The notes below the pieces were generated by a model, which worked only from the letters and a program-made list of their open reading frames with translations, had not been told where the DNA came from and ran no database searches. Of a stretch of 64,000 bases of DNA, positions 47,580-61,325 are shown piece after piece. Both the position numbers and the translations under genes were made by a program. The stretch is from the NCBI RefSeq assembly GCF_964194155.1, contig NC_135898.1, positions 13,206,001-13,270,000 on the forward strand, in the 5' to 3' direction. How positions within the stretch are numbered: position 1 is the first letter of the stretch; each line of letters starts with the position of its first letter. Origin of the DNA: Cetorhinus maximus. Lineage: Eukaryota.

Positions 47580-47935
47580 TGAGGGGCGTGGATAGGGAGC
47601 AGCTGTTCCCCTTGGTTGAAGGGTCAGTCACGAGGGACCTAAATTCAAGGTGAGGGGCAGGAGGTTGAGGGGGGAATGTGAGGAAAAACTTTTTTACCCA
47701 GAGGGTGGTGACGGTCTGGAATGCGCTGCCTGGGAGGGTGGTGGAGGCGGGTTGCCTCACATCCTTTAAAAAGTGCCTGGATGAGCACTTGGCACGTCAT
47801 AACATTCAAGGCTCTGGGCCAAGTGCTGGTAAATGGGATTCGGTAGGTAGGTCAGGTCAGGTGTTTCTCACGTGTAGGTGCAGACTCGATGGACCGAAGG
47901 GCCTCTTCTGCACTGTGTGATTCTGTGATTCTGTC
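47580..47935 (+). mobile_element. CR1 3' fragment, highly similar to 55220-55557
   Basis: [24 protein letters not shown]; ends in gtgattct tail repeats. Confidence 0.88.
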
Positions 47936-50900
47936 ACAAAAGCCAGTGAACATGAGCCAGTAACTGACACTAATTTAACAATCTCACCTCACCAGGATAG
48001 GACAATGATGTGACTGGTGTGGGAAAATATAAATACTGCAGTCGTGGTTCAAGCCTATCCTTGCAGTTCTCTGCTCTATTGCTGGCAATTAATCTTGTTG
48101 ACTCTTCTCTGCGACGCTTAATCTTGCATCCCATTGATCAGAACCGGACACGGTATTAAGGTGCACTGTCGTCCAAGCATTCTCCAATTCTATCTCGGCT
48201 TGCTTCAACGTGTATAGTGGTGCCTTGGCATCCTACTTGCTGTGCTGAGTATTTTATTTTTTTCTTCCTACATGCACCACTCTATGCTGAGTGTGCTGCT
48301 GGTCCACCGATTTGTATCCCTGCCCTTTAAAACGAATGGTTCCTTGAAGCAAGTTTTTTTTCCTTTGAGCCACAGTGACATGAGACATCTCTCAGAACCA
48401 CAAATCCTCTGTGAGCTTCAGATCATCTACTTATATTTAAATCATAGCATCTGGAACAACTTCAGTGATAAAAGGGAGACTTACATATGTATATCACATC
48501 TGTCAGGGATATCCCAAACTACTTTGAATTGCGGTTAATGTTATATGGGTGATGCATCAAGCATTTTTCATATAGCAAGATCCAAGAAGTGAAGCAAATG
48601 AGTAGTTTGTTTTCAGTGATGCTGACTCAGGGAAGAATGTTGGCCAGGATACCAGGAAAACTGCCCTTTCTTTGGAATGGTAGTGATCTCTTATATCCAA
48701 CTGAACGGGCAGACAGGGCCTCAGCTTAAATGTCTCATTTGAAAGACAGTACCGTCAACACAGCAGCTTTCCCTCAGTAACATCAGGCTATGTCACGTGC
48801 TCAAATTGGAGGATAAGGCTCAAATGCACAATTTTCTGGTCATATGGGCTTGCGAAGAACCCTCCTGGTGTCACTGGGTTGCCTAAGCATTCAGTTAGGG
48901 GAACCAATACAACCCACTTGTAAATCAACAAGACTCAAACGCCACCTTCTCCTCATTTGGGAATCCCTCATGGGATGTTATTTGATCGACCATTGATTCA
49001 CTATTTATCTGACACATTTATAATCAGATTCATGTCATTAATCTGGATTGATAATCCTGAGATAGGAGTTCAACCCCACCACGACAACTTGGATTTGTAA
49101 CTAGTTAATTAAATAAAATCTGGAATAAAAACCTGGTATCCCTGGTAATGACCATTAAACTCCCAGATTGTTGGGCAAACCTGTTTCATTGATATCCTTC
49201 AGGGAAGGAAGTTTCTTGTCTTTACCCAAATGAATCTATATGTGACTCCAGACACACATCAATGTGGTTGACTGTTAAGTGGCCTCTGAAATGCCCTCAT
49301 AAACCACTCAGAGTTAACGTGTCACACGACCTGAAGTGTCAATCCTGTTTTTCTCTCTCCACAGATGCTGCTAGACCTGAGTATTCCCAGTGTTTTCTGT
49401 TTTTATTTAAAATTCCCTGCAACTGCAGCATTTTGCTTTTATAGCAAACCACTCAGCTGTATTCAAGGTGGCTCGCAATCACCTTCTGAAGAACAATTAG
49501 AGATGGGCTATAAATACTCGTCTTGCCAGCAACATACCATAAATGAATAAAACAGAATCAGGACTTGAAGAGAACTTGGGTTGGGAGTCCTGTAAATTGC
49601 AGTCAGAGATAGCCCAGGTACACCACTTTCAATCATTTGATTAGCTGCTCAACTAAATAAGAACAGAAAATACCTGCCAGACTGGGATATGGTTGCTTAA
49701 TGGTTATGGTACTAGATTAGCAACCTCGAAACTGAGAGTCCAAAGCCCCAGGGCAAGTTATAAAATTGAATTTAAGAAATCTAGCAATCACAAAAGCTGA
49801 TGGACTGTTGTTTACTCATGTCCTTCAGAAAAGCACCTGCCACTCCAAACCAGTCTGGCTTTCGTCACTCCAGTGCTACATGGTTAACTCAATGTTCTCC
49901 TAGCAACTAGGGATGGACTGTAAATGCTACATTGCCAGTGTCACCCAAGAGCAAATAAAATAACGAATATGCAGCTGTCTTTGGGTTTTGTTCGTTACTG
50001 GGCAACCTCGTAGTGCATGGGAGAAGTATATTGTAATGCCGTGGATCAGAAATTATTTCAAAGAAGATGATCTGGGCTCTGTGGAACTGCTCAGCCACAT
50101 GGGGGTTGGGAGACCTGGGATGGAATTTTACTGCCCCGTCGTGGTGGGGGCGGGGCTAGAGCCAAAATATGCAGTGAGCTTCAAAAGTCCATTGACTTCG
50201 GCGGTCCCGAAAAATCCGGCCGGTGAGGGGGGGTGGGGGCCAGAAAATTCCACTCCTGGATTCAGGCAGATGTGGTCTCAGCAGCATCTTACTGTTATAC
50301 GCCTACGTCACAAGTGGATGCCCACCAGAAAAGAGGGTAAGGGGGTGGGGATTTGGCAATACAATTGATAGAGTTCCTGATGTCATCACGACAAGAAGTT
50401 GAATGTTTAAGTCCTAATCAGCGAATTTAGCAGTGTTGGAACCCTGATTAACTCCAATACCCAGGGCCCTCCCTGTCTTCAATATCCACAGCCATCACCC
50501 CCACCTTTAATTTGCCCTCCAAACCCTACGTCATTTGGATTTAGAACTATAATCGCCGTTCCATCCCTGTCGCTGGATTAAAATCCTGAGACTCTCTTCC
50601 GAACTTCACTGTGGACGCTCCTGCACCTGCTTGAGCGTTTCATGAATGTGATTCACCACCACCTTCTCAAAGACTATTAGGATAGGCAATAAATGTCTGC
50701 CTCACTCTTGAAACCCATCCAATGAACAAATTAAAAAATGTCGCTAATACCTGGCCCTCTCTGTCTCCAATAGCTAGAGATCTCAATGTCTGCAATAGAA
50801 TAAATTATAGAATTGTACAGCACAGAGGAGGGCATTCGGCCCATTGAGTCTGTGCCAGCTTTTTTGAAGATCAATCCAGTTCATCTCACTCCCAGTTCTT

Positions 50901-53252
50901 TTGCCACATTACTACTAATTTTTTCTCCTTTCAGTATTTATCCAATTTATTTATACAGGTGTTTATTTCTTTTTGAGATCTGTTCTGGAGTCTGTTTCCA
51001 CCACTACCAGGAATTATGAAGCTACATGTCACCAGTCATCAGTTGGAACACCCTAAAGTAGCTCGTCCCCATACCTGTACTTAAAGCAGCACGATTCAAA
51101 TGCCTCAACAGCTCCAAGGTACTGTCTATATTCCTAACCTTCCTCCCCCACAACTGCAGGTTTAGAACCACTACTTAGCATTTTTCTTCTTTTGCTTCAA
51201 TTTATTTTCTTCCTTTAAGTAAATGATCAATCAGGGAAACTGATTGTGCAGGCTTTCCCTGCCACATATTTCTGTCTTGTTTATTGCAATTCCAGTTCCA
51301 AGCATGTCGTACACAGAGAATTAAGCAGGCAGGCCCAACTTCTCCCACCCATATCTTTGCTTTTCCGAACATCTTTGGGTCCTGATTTTGACAGGTGTTT
51401 CTCTTGAGAGGGATCAATTCTGTAGGTCCTTCCCACTACCTGCTTTCCTCTCTCTGGGACTTCCTGCTGCCTCTGACTGGAACTGGGGGTAGGGTGTCTA
51501 AATCATTGCCATCTGCCTGTTTCATTCTGCTGCAAACTTCAAGCTTTCAATACTTGGGAGATCCTCAGCGAAGCTTCTATCCTTGTAGGCGCCAATAATT
51601 ATAATGAAACAAGTCAGCTTGCACTATCCAAAAACACCGGGTGAGAATGGGAATAAATCAAATATTAAGTGTTCATAAAATAACATATTATTGGATCTAA
51701 ACAGTGAAAACTGTACTCAAAAGAAGCTTAGTTTTAATGTTGAACTTTGGAAATTTAATTGCTGACTCGTCAGAGAGGTGAAAGGTCAGCTGGGTCACAA
51801 CTAGTATGGACCTTAGTGCGATGGCTGCCAATCAGCAGTCAGAAAGAGCTGACACGATCTGAGGGACCAGAGTGATGGTGTTAGGCTAAACTGTGGGGCA
51901 AGCACCAGCAGGGGACCCCCTGAAATCTTCTCCCAGACCCAAGTCGAGAACCCTTGCTTTATTCAACTGCACCATCTTGTTATCCCCAAGAGAGGAAACC
52001 TTCACCTCCTGTCTAAGTGGACATGAACCTAGATTTGCAAGGTGAAAGGGCAGAACTCACAAGTGGTCTTTACACCTTTAAATCAAACTACAATGTTAAA
52101 ATATTTCCTTAATCTTATTTGGAAAATAATGAAATGGCTTTTTCTCAGTCCTGACTTTTCTTATGAACCTTGAACTCACTGTTGTTGGTGATATTAGCAA
52201 TTGACCACTTAACTTGTTTGTAGGTATTCCTGAAACAGATTAACACCTTCATTAAAATAGCAGATCAAAAAATGGATGAGTGCATTAAGTTTCTGTTAAT
52301 ACTGACAACCATAATTTTGAGGCGATGTTCTTGGCATGATTAATCACAGTCAAGTAATGTCACACAGGTATATGTTTTAAAACAATATTGTTTAAGAAAT
52401 TTATTTCAAATTTGGATAACTTTCCCTCGTCCAATGATGTAATAAGTTGTGCCAAAAGGGCCATAGTGTGAGGAACAGCAGGGATGGGACAAACCAGGGC
52501 TAACTAAAAGCAGCAACAAGTTCTCAGGATACAAGACACCTGAATACATTTCCAGTGTAGCACCTTCCTTTGTCCATGCATGAACCATTGCATCTAACAC
52601 CACAGGTTCTTAACACAGTGCATCACAGAACAGCAAAATCAGAGCTCCATATAACACAATCTGCAACAAGACCGGTGACGGCACAGGGCGAGTGTTGGAA
52701 AAGGGCTGTTAGAAAACTGCAGTATTCACAGAAACAGCTGATCTATGTTATTCACAGGGTATAACTTATTTAATATGATAGATGACAATAAGATGAAGGC
52801 CAAGAGATAATTTTAAATCCTGCCTGCCTGATGGAAACTGAACCAGCGAGCAGGAAAACTGGCCACTGCAACTGACGTGCACTGATCCCACTGCCTATCC
52901 CATGGTTTGAACACTCACCAGAAAACCGTGGAATCACCTTCTTTAAATGGACAGATCAGTGATATAATGGGACCTGATTGCTATTTTAACCCAAAGTCTG
53001 GGCGAAGGAAGCCGTGGCAAGGTAAGGTGAGAAGAGAAGCGATGGCCAGAAGAGGCCCAGAAAGGTCCCTTGGACAGGAAAAAAATGAGGTATTCCTCTG
53101 GGTCCCACAAGAAAACCAAGGAAGCCTCCTAACAGCCAGCCAGTTCATGCTCCTGCCTGGTTCAGGCCTGAGAATGTCGAGGACTGTGCAGCTGAGTCCC
53201 AGGAATTCAAATCTCCTGGGACTCCAGCTGTGAAGATGTGGGTGGTTAACCA

Positions 53253-53396
53253 TTCGCTTCATACACACACACAAACATCATTCGCTTCATACACACACAC
53301 AAACAACATTCGCTTCATACACACACACAAACATCATTCGCTTCATACACACACACAAACATCATTCTCACAGCACACACACAAACATCATTCGCA
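53253..53396. repeat. ~28-bp minisatellite, ~5 copies, downstream of the TMED4 stop
   Basis: cattcgcttcatacacacacacaaacat repeated. Confidence 0.85.
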
Positions 53397-53740
53397 CAGG
53401 AGTTAAAATCAAACCTTTTAAATTTTTCTTTTGAATCCTCAAATAAACAGGCCCTTTGGACAACAAAAGGAAGGTCACTTAAAGTGTGACAAGACACACC
53501 GAATTCTGGATTCCTTCCCATTCCCTTCATCACTCGGTACACATACACACAGCTAATAGTTTCAAAAGTAAGCAAAGCTAATCACCGATTCCAAACCTTC
53601 ACCATACAATTATTCTCAGAAATAGAGACAAGAAATCATTGGAAGAGGATTGTCCTGTTGAGTAAACAAATCCGGGTTCAAGGGTTTCCTTTTGCAAGGT
53701 GGCTGTAAAAAAATTCTTCCCTTCAATACTTGTTCATCAA

Positions 53741-53746
53741 TTTATT
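53741..53746 (-). terminator. Candidate poly(A) signal of TMED4
   Basis: AATAAA on the minus strand ~640 nt after the stop; an alternative occurs at 52400-52405. Confidence 0.35.
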
Positions 53747-54380
53747 TAAAACGAGAAGATGTCGTCATGTTTGCTCCTACAGCTTGGTTGGTTTTCAGGA
53801 AATTATGAGAATTTAGCCAGAATCCTCAGAAATAAAATTTAAGAGCTGGAGGGAGTACTATTCTCTGGGTTCTGACTAATGGGCAAATGAAGGAAGGAAG
53901 ATGATCTGGTCAAAAATCTGAACAACTCAGAAATGTGAAACATGCCAGTGATGCTGCATTTTAACCCCCACTAATCGGTGGTGTTTTGTGAAAATTTGGC
54001 AAAATAAAACCCAAAGAACCCTTTGAGATCATCAAGTCCTACAGACAGACTTGCTATGACTTTTCATGGATCTGAAATACATGATTATTTGGGAATAAAA
54101 ATCTCTTTAGAAAGAAGCTCCCACCTTCGGTCAACAATCACAGGTTAACTATGAAGCAAAATTTTTTTGCAGATATACCAGAGATCCCTGCACTAACTGT
54201 TCCATGACAGTCTCACTCACACAACCATTATTATAAGATATGTAACCAAACATCGTCCCCTTCAATTTCTAGAAGAGCTTCAAGTATCACATGTACAAAG
54301 TCACATTAAGTAGCGAGTCAGTGAGGATGGAGGGTTGACTTTTCGCTGGTGTTCTTGCAATGATGGCAGGTGACAGACAT

Positions 54381-57300
54381 CTACACCAGTTTCTTAGCCT
54401 CAAAGAAGGTCTTCAGATGCTTCATTTGCCAGATTCCAGTTAGGATTAGGATAATCGTCTGTGCGATCGACCACCACAGGACGCGCTGGTTCGTGCTTTC
54501 ACTCGTCTGCCGAAATCGCTCTTCCCTGTACTGCTCGAGACAGTGAAAACAAGACCAAAAGAAGGCAAATCAGCCACAAACTTTCACTGCGCAAGTGCAG
54601 AAACAAGCTATTAGACAAGAACAAGCATGAAGCTACCAGGCTCAGTTGACAAGGTTACTGAGTGAAAGTCCCACATTCAATGCTAGTCTGTGCTGAACTA
54701 GCTGATCTGAATTGGGGCAGCAGGTAATACAAACATAGCAGTTGATAGTAAACAGCCTGAAAAGTGTGAGGTGATACACTTTGGAAGAAGTAATTTGACA
54801 AGGAAGTATTCAATGAACGGCATGACACTAGGAAGTTCTGAGGAACAAAGGGACCTTGGCCTGTGTGTCCATAGATCTCTGAAGGTGGAGGGGCATGTTA
54901 GTGGGGTGGTGAAAAAGGCATTTGGGACACTTGCCTTTATCAATCAAGGCATAGATTACAAAAGTAGGGAGGTCATGTTGGAGTTGTATAGAACCTTGGT
55001 GAGGCCACAACTGGAGTACTGTGTGCAGTTCTGGTCGCCACATTATAGGAAGGATGTGATTGCACTGGAGGGGGTGCAGAGGAGATTCGCCAGGATGTTG
55101 CCTGGGGGGAAACATTTAAGTTATGAAGAGAGGTTGGATAGACTTGGGTTGTTTTCGTTGGAGCAGAGAAGACTGAGGGGTGACCTGATCAAGGTGTACA
55201 AGATTATGATGGGCATGCACAGGGTGGATAGGGAGCAGCTGTTCCCCTTAGTTGAAGGGTCAGTCACAAGGGGACACAAGTTCAAGGCGAGGGGCAGGCG
55301 GTTTAGGGGGGGATGTAAGGAAAAACGTTTTTACCCAGAGGGTGGTGAGGGTCTGGAATGCAGTGCCTGGGAGGGTGGTGGAGGCGGGTTGCCTCACATC
55401 ATTTAAAAAGTACGTGGATGAGCACTTGGCACGTCATAACATTCAAGGCTATGGGCCAAGTGCTGGTAAATGGGATTAGATAGGTAGGTCAGGTGCTTCT
55501 CTCGTGTCGGTACAGACTCGATGGGCTGAAGGGCCTCTTCTGCACTGTGTGATTCTGGGCCGAGTGGCATCGTTCCTTGTTGTAACTTATATTTACGTTT
55601 CTAATTGTTGTAGAGAGCACCACAATAGGCCTCTGCATCCCTGGGCCCAGGGGGTGGGAGGGGTGAATCTGCCGTTATTGATTGCAATCCAGCTGGATCA
55701 CTGCAAAGGGTCTGTCAGATTAGGACAAGATTAAGCCTGACGCCCTCCATAGTTGAGCTTCCTGATATTCACCGTTTGGCTCACACCTGGAGAACAGCCA
55801 GCTGGGTGAGATACTGGAGGCTGCCATTGCGTATGGAACCCATAACTTAACAACAGTCAGTGCTTCCCAGAAGAGGCAAAATACAATGGCTAGACATTCA
55901 TATGGATTTAAAAATCCTGAACATATCAGCGATCTGAAAAATAACTGGTAACGACAATAATTCAGGTCACACAATCCAGACTAAGTGGGAGTGTCTAAAT
56001 GTGGAAACTCTGCATGGTTTGGTGCAATTATTACACAAAAACAGGGACTGGCAACTGGGTTAAATGGAGTCCCAGATCTATCACAATACTGGACATCAGT
56101 AAAGCACTTACTGTGAAAAACTTTTCAAGTCACCCTGTACCAGTTAGAAATTGTGCTGAACATGCTCAACACATCTCAGGATGTGCATCACGTTTAATAA
56201 CCAGTGCAATGCTGCCTCAATACATGTTTCCACCTGCAGTCTACTTCTGAACTAAATTCAGTGACTCTCAGTTGTTATGGGTGAAGGTCCAGCTGAGCTA
56301 GCTGGAGATCCATTTCTCTCATTCCTGCTGCAGCACATCACGAGTGGTGTTTGATCTTCCGATTTCAACCATTCCAAAAAATCATCCCTGTATATTCTGA
56401 AAGGGGCAATTGCATGTGCACTGCTTGCTGTTCACTCACCCTCTGGTAGTTCTGTTCTTTTTGAATTTGTTCAACCTGGTCCAGCAGCTGCCTCACTCGC
56501 AGCTGCAGTTCAGTCAATTTATCCTTTGCAGCAATTTCTGGGTAGTTGTTGGCATGTTCCCCCACTTGGATGTCAAGGTGCACTCGCTAAACCAGAGAGG
56601 CAGGGATGGAGAGTGAGAGAGAGAAAAGAGTTCACTGGAGATATATAGTTAATGTTACACTTGAATAATACTTGAATAATATCACAATAACTCCACCTAA
56701 CCTGCCTTTCCTGAAAGCACTCGCTCAATGATGAGGTACCAATTCACGCGTATTGGCACATTCACTGATATCTCACACAAACAAGTGTCAATCACAAAAC
56801 TAGTCAATGCATTGTCAACAGGGTATTCAGCCATGGAAGCATCACAGCAGAGCACAAACCTGTCTTCACCTATGTATTGTTTTCTTTTATTCATTCATGG
56901 GATGCGAGTGTCGCTGGCAAGGCCAACATTTATTGTTCAACTTTAACTGCCCCTAAGTTGAGTGACTTGCTGGGCTATTTCATGGGCATGAAAGAGTCAA
57001 CCATACTGGTATGGAGTCAAAGCTAAGCCAGACCAGGTGATAACTGCAGATTTCCTTCCCTACAGTCAATCAGATGGGTTTCATGGCCACTAGCTTCTTA
57101 TTTCCATATTTATTTATTTAAAACTCATGAGTCCAGGCCTCTGGGTTACTTGTCAACTAACATGTGTGCAGCATGGAGTCTCAAGATAGTGGGTCGGAGC
57201 AGAAAATTCCTCTCCCTGAGCTAGTGTCAGTGATGGCAATTGTACCATTTTTAAAAATAAAGACTTGCATTTATACATTTATTTCTTTTCACAACCATCA

Positions 57301-60300
57301 GATGTTTTACAGCCAATGGAGGACTTTTTCAAGTGTGGTCACTTGTAATGCCCAAACTGCCGCGATGTGATGATGACCACAAAACGTTTTTTTGTGATGT
57401 TAATTGAGGGAAAAATATTAGCCTGGGCTCCAGAGATAATTCTCTTGCTTTTCTTTGAAATAGTGACATGGATGAATCTTTTAAATTCATCCAAGTAGGC
57501 AGATGGACCCTCGATTTAATGTCTTGATCGGAAAGGTAGCACCTCTAACAATGCATTTTCCCTCAGTGCTGCACTTAAGCACACCCTTCATTTTTCTGCT
57601 CAAGCCCTCGTGTGGGATTTGAAACCAGAATTTTGTCTTACTTTTTTTAAATATTCATTTATGGGATGTGGAAGTCGCCGGCTAGGTCAGCATTTATTGC
57701 CCATCCCTGGCTGCTCGAGGTGGTGGTGGTGAGCTGCCTTCTTGAACCGCTGCAGTCCCCGTGGTGTAGATACACCCACAGTGCTGTTCAGGACAGAATT
57801 CCAGGATTTTGACCCAGTGACAGTGAAGAAACGGCAATATATTTCCAAGTCATGATGGTGAGTGGCTTGGTGGGTAACTTACAGTGTTGGAAGAGAGGGG
57901 AACTTTAGTGTGCTATCAAATCAGTGCCAGCTGACAGAAATAGCTCTGGTTGAAATCAGTGATTTGGTGTTAAGACAGACAGACCAAAGATTGGTTCATT
58001 CCTGGTCTGTATGACTCAGTACCACACCACGTGGTGCAGAACCATAAAATGTGGGTTGCTAAAGTACTGAAGGATACTTTGCCTCCCATGGGACCTTGAC
58101 AGCATTAGCCAAACAAAGTCAAGTTTGATGAAGCAAAAAAAAAGCAAGAATCAATATAGAAATTAGAAATATGAATTTATGCTGGAAATATTTTGTAAAA
58201 AGCCTGGAGCTTGCTGTGTATCAGAGTGCTAGGAGAGCATGTAGATCCTGATATCAATTCTGGTCCCACAGTCAGTGACCTGAGCAGTGTTCATAAAGTA
58301 CACAAAATTTAGCTGGTCTTTACAGAGAGGTTTATTTATAACGTTATATCAATGCAAATACTGAAAATATTTTGTGTTTAGGGACTCCTACAGATGTTGT
58401 GTAAAGGACAAGATAATGAACCTCTCAGTGGGATGAGGTGAACAAACCAATGTACAAACCAGCAGAAAAACATTAGTTAGCTTAAGAATCACTGCAGCCT
58501 CAAGGAGGAACACAACATCAGAACAGAGCTTTAAGTATTAAACCTGGTCCAACAGCTAAACATATGCCACACGGTCCATCCCATACAACGTATAGATTTC
58601 AGTTTCACATTGAAATAAACGCAGCAGGGCACAAACAACACCAGCATCTTAATTCTTTTTGGATGGGGTGCCCTACCATTAAATCGCACTATTGTACCCA
58701 ATGTCCAACCCTTACCAGTTTGCCACCTGCAAACAGTGACATCTTTGTGGAGTTGGAGTGCAGGCAGATCTGATGCTCACCCGGAGTGTGTGACGTGAAG
58801 GTAAATCGTCCCTCTGAGCCATACTGTCTGGAGAGGATAACCTGGGAATTGGAAAAAGCAGTCAGTCTACAGGGGAGAAGTAGAAAAATGCTTATTCTGT
58901 CTGACACAAAACACAACTGAGCTAGCAGCCAACTGTGAGAAGGGAACTGAGCTCTTGTACTTCTAAATCTGAGAATAACTTTCCACATATTAAGGATATT
59001 CAGGTAACATTCTGCTTCTCTAAAGTGACTGACACTTTCTGGGGTGTGGTTCTAAATGTAACAGGCGATTTTACCATAGACCCCCGACCTTATCTGCTCA
59101 CATGCACTTTCCACCACAGGTCAACGGAGAGAGGTCAGGCCCCTGGTTGGCTTTCCTCTCCCGAAAGCAAGTGCACTGAGGTCAATCGCAATTGTTCCAC
59201 TGCCACCTCATCTGAGGTGAGCCATCTCAGAGCACACCCTCCTGATCTGCATTTTTTTTCAAATTTCTTTTCATTCTTTCATGGGATGTGGGCATCACTG
59301 GCATGACTTACATTTGCTGCCCATTCCTAACTGCCCTTGATAGGGTAGTGGCGAGGTGCCTTCTTGAACCGCTGCAGTCGATATGGCGCAGGTACACCTA
59401 CAATGCCATTACGAGTTTGACCCAGTGACAGTGAAGGAACGGTGATATATTTCCAAGGCAGGATGGTAAGCAGCTTGGAGGGGAACCTCCAAGTAGTGGT
59501 GTTCCCATGTGCCTGCTGTCCTCGTCCTTCTAGATGGTAGTGGTTGTGGGTTTGGAAAGTGCTGTCCAAGGAGGCTTGGTGAGTTCATGCAGTGCATCTT
59601 GTAGATGGTACACACTGTTACCACTAAGCGTCGGTGATGGAGGGACTGAATGTTTGCAGATGGGGTGCCAATCAGATGCTGTGTCCTGGAGGTTGTCAAA
59701 CTTCTTGAGTGTTGTTGGAGCTGCACTCATCCAGGCAAGTGGAATGTATTCCATCACACTCCTGACTTGTGCCTTGTAGTTGGTGGACAGGCTTTGTGGA
59801 GTCAGTAGGCGAGTTAATCACCTCAGACCTGCTTTAGTAGCCAGTGTTTATATGGCTGGTCCAGTTCAGTTTCTGGTCAATGGTAACCCCAGGATGTTGA
59901 TAGTGGGGGATTCAGTGATGATAATGCCATTGAATGTCAAGGAAAGATGGTTAGATTCTCTCCGGTCAGAGATGGTCACTGCCTGGCATCAATGTTACTT
60001 GCCACTGTCAGCCCAAGCTTGAATGTTGGCCAGGTCTGCATATGTACACGGACTGCTTCGGTATCTAAGAGTCACGAATGGTACTGAACATTGTCTACTG
60101 ATAATTGCATACTCTCACTTCTGGCCTTCTGAATTTGGGTGGGGGGGGGGGGGGGGTGGTGTCAGTGAGCATTTGAAGGTGGCTGAGGTAGGATACTATC
60201 TTGAGGAATTCCTGTAGCCACTTATTAGGACAGAGATGATGGGCCTCCAACAACCATAACCATCTTCCTTTGTACTAGATATGATGACAGCCAATGTAGA

Positions 60301-61325
60301 GCTTTCTTGCTGATTCCCATCAACTTCAACTTTTCAATGGCTCCTTGGTGCCACACGCAGTCAAATGCTGCCTTCATGTCAAGGGCAGTCACTCTCACCT
60401 CACCTCGAGTTCAGCTCTTATGTCCATATTTGAACCAAGGCTGTAATGAGATCAGGATCTAAGTGGTCCTGTCACGCTCATCAGCATCATTTTACCCATC
60501 TATGCAGCTCTGCTCTAATTACTTTCAATTAGTATCCCTTTTGCAAAGGATTTCTACCTGGAGTATCTCTCCAGTTGTGCTTAGCAATGTAGCCCCATAC
60601 TGAAAGATACTTTAGTAACATAGGAACTTCCGTGACATAGAATAATTTGGCATTTCATTGGAAGTCATAAATTGTAAGTAAACTCAACAATCACGTAAAT
60701 CATTTTCAAGTCCTCATTCTTTAGTGTGAGATCTGAAACTAATTATACTCTGCAAGATGAAACAATCATCTGTGCCCGCTCCAATATTTTAGACGGAATG
60801 CTGTGGATTGTTTAAAATGTGTTCAGCTGAGCCAGGTGACTGATAACGAATTCCCCCAACAGTCTACCACAAATACAGGAACTCAGCACATACATCTCTA
60901 ACACAGGAGTCTGTGCTCCTGCACTGGAGCCCATCGGATAGGAGAAAGGAGATTTTCCGTTGAATTTCCATGCCCGGTTAATGTCAACACACCACTTTAG
61001 TCACATCAAAACAGGATTTAATTACTTCCTGTCACATGACACGATGTAATTTTATGTCATGAGCAACTGTACATAGCGGAGGTAAAATACCATACAACCT
61101 CTGATCAAAGTCACTTCTGCACATTACTTGAAAATCATTCCTTTGAAGAAGGGCAGTTCTCGGCTTTAACCATATTACTTTCCAACCTTTGATATATACA
61201 CGCTAACTCCAGGTTGCACCCTACCTTGAAGTCTGGATCGCGCACTTCCACATGCATGCCCAATCCTGGGGTCGAGGGCAGAAATGATTCTGACTGCTTA
61301 TCCCACAGCTGAGTCCGGTAATTAC
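54381..61325 (-). CDS. TMED4: p24-family cargo receptor TMED4, exons 2-5; exon 1 probably outside the window
   Basis: Exons 61225-61325 ([28 protein letters not shown]), 58716-58841 ([32 protein letters not shown]...GGKL), 56440-56586 ([24 protein letters not shown]), 54381-54530 (YREERF...VLWWSIAQT...FFEAKKLV*). Residues WDKQ, MHV, GGKL, NNYPE, YREE and IAQT favour TMED4 over TMED9; DDX56 is also the human neighbour of TMED4. Confidence 0.93.
54755..55557 (+). mobile_element. CR1 3' fragment in the last TMED4 intron
   Basis: ORF 54771-55406 HFGRSN...QRDLG...[24 protein letters not shown]...[14 protein letters not shown]. Confidence 0.92.
57260..57640 (-). mobile_element. DeuSINE-like SINE (another copy at ~48470-48840)
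   Basis: aaagacttgcatttata...ttttacagccaatgg...ttgtgatgttaattgaggg...cctcgatttaatgtc. Confidence 0.6.
59262..60470 (-). mobile_element. LINE fragment of the same family as 27320-28190
   Basis: [21 protein letters not shown]; upstream [13 protein letters not shown]-like RT text at ~60345-60390. Confidence 0.8.

Noticed and set aside
50117-50256. Possible MITE with tggaatttt/aaaattcca termini (similar GC-rich patches near 45180-45460 and 52810-53230)
   Set aside because: The inverted ends are too short and no TSD could be confirmed by eye.
54381-61325. Calling the p24 gene TMED9
   Set aside because: Diagnostic residues and DDX56 linkage favour TMED4.
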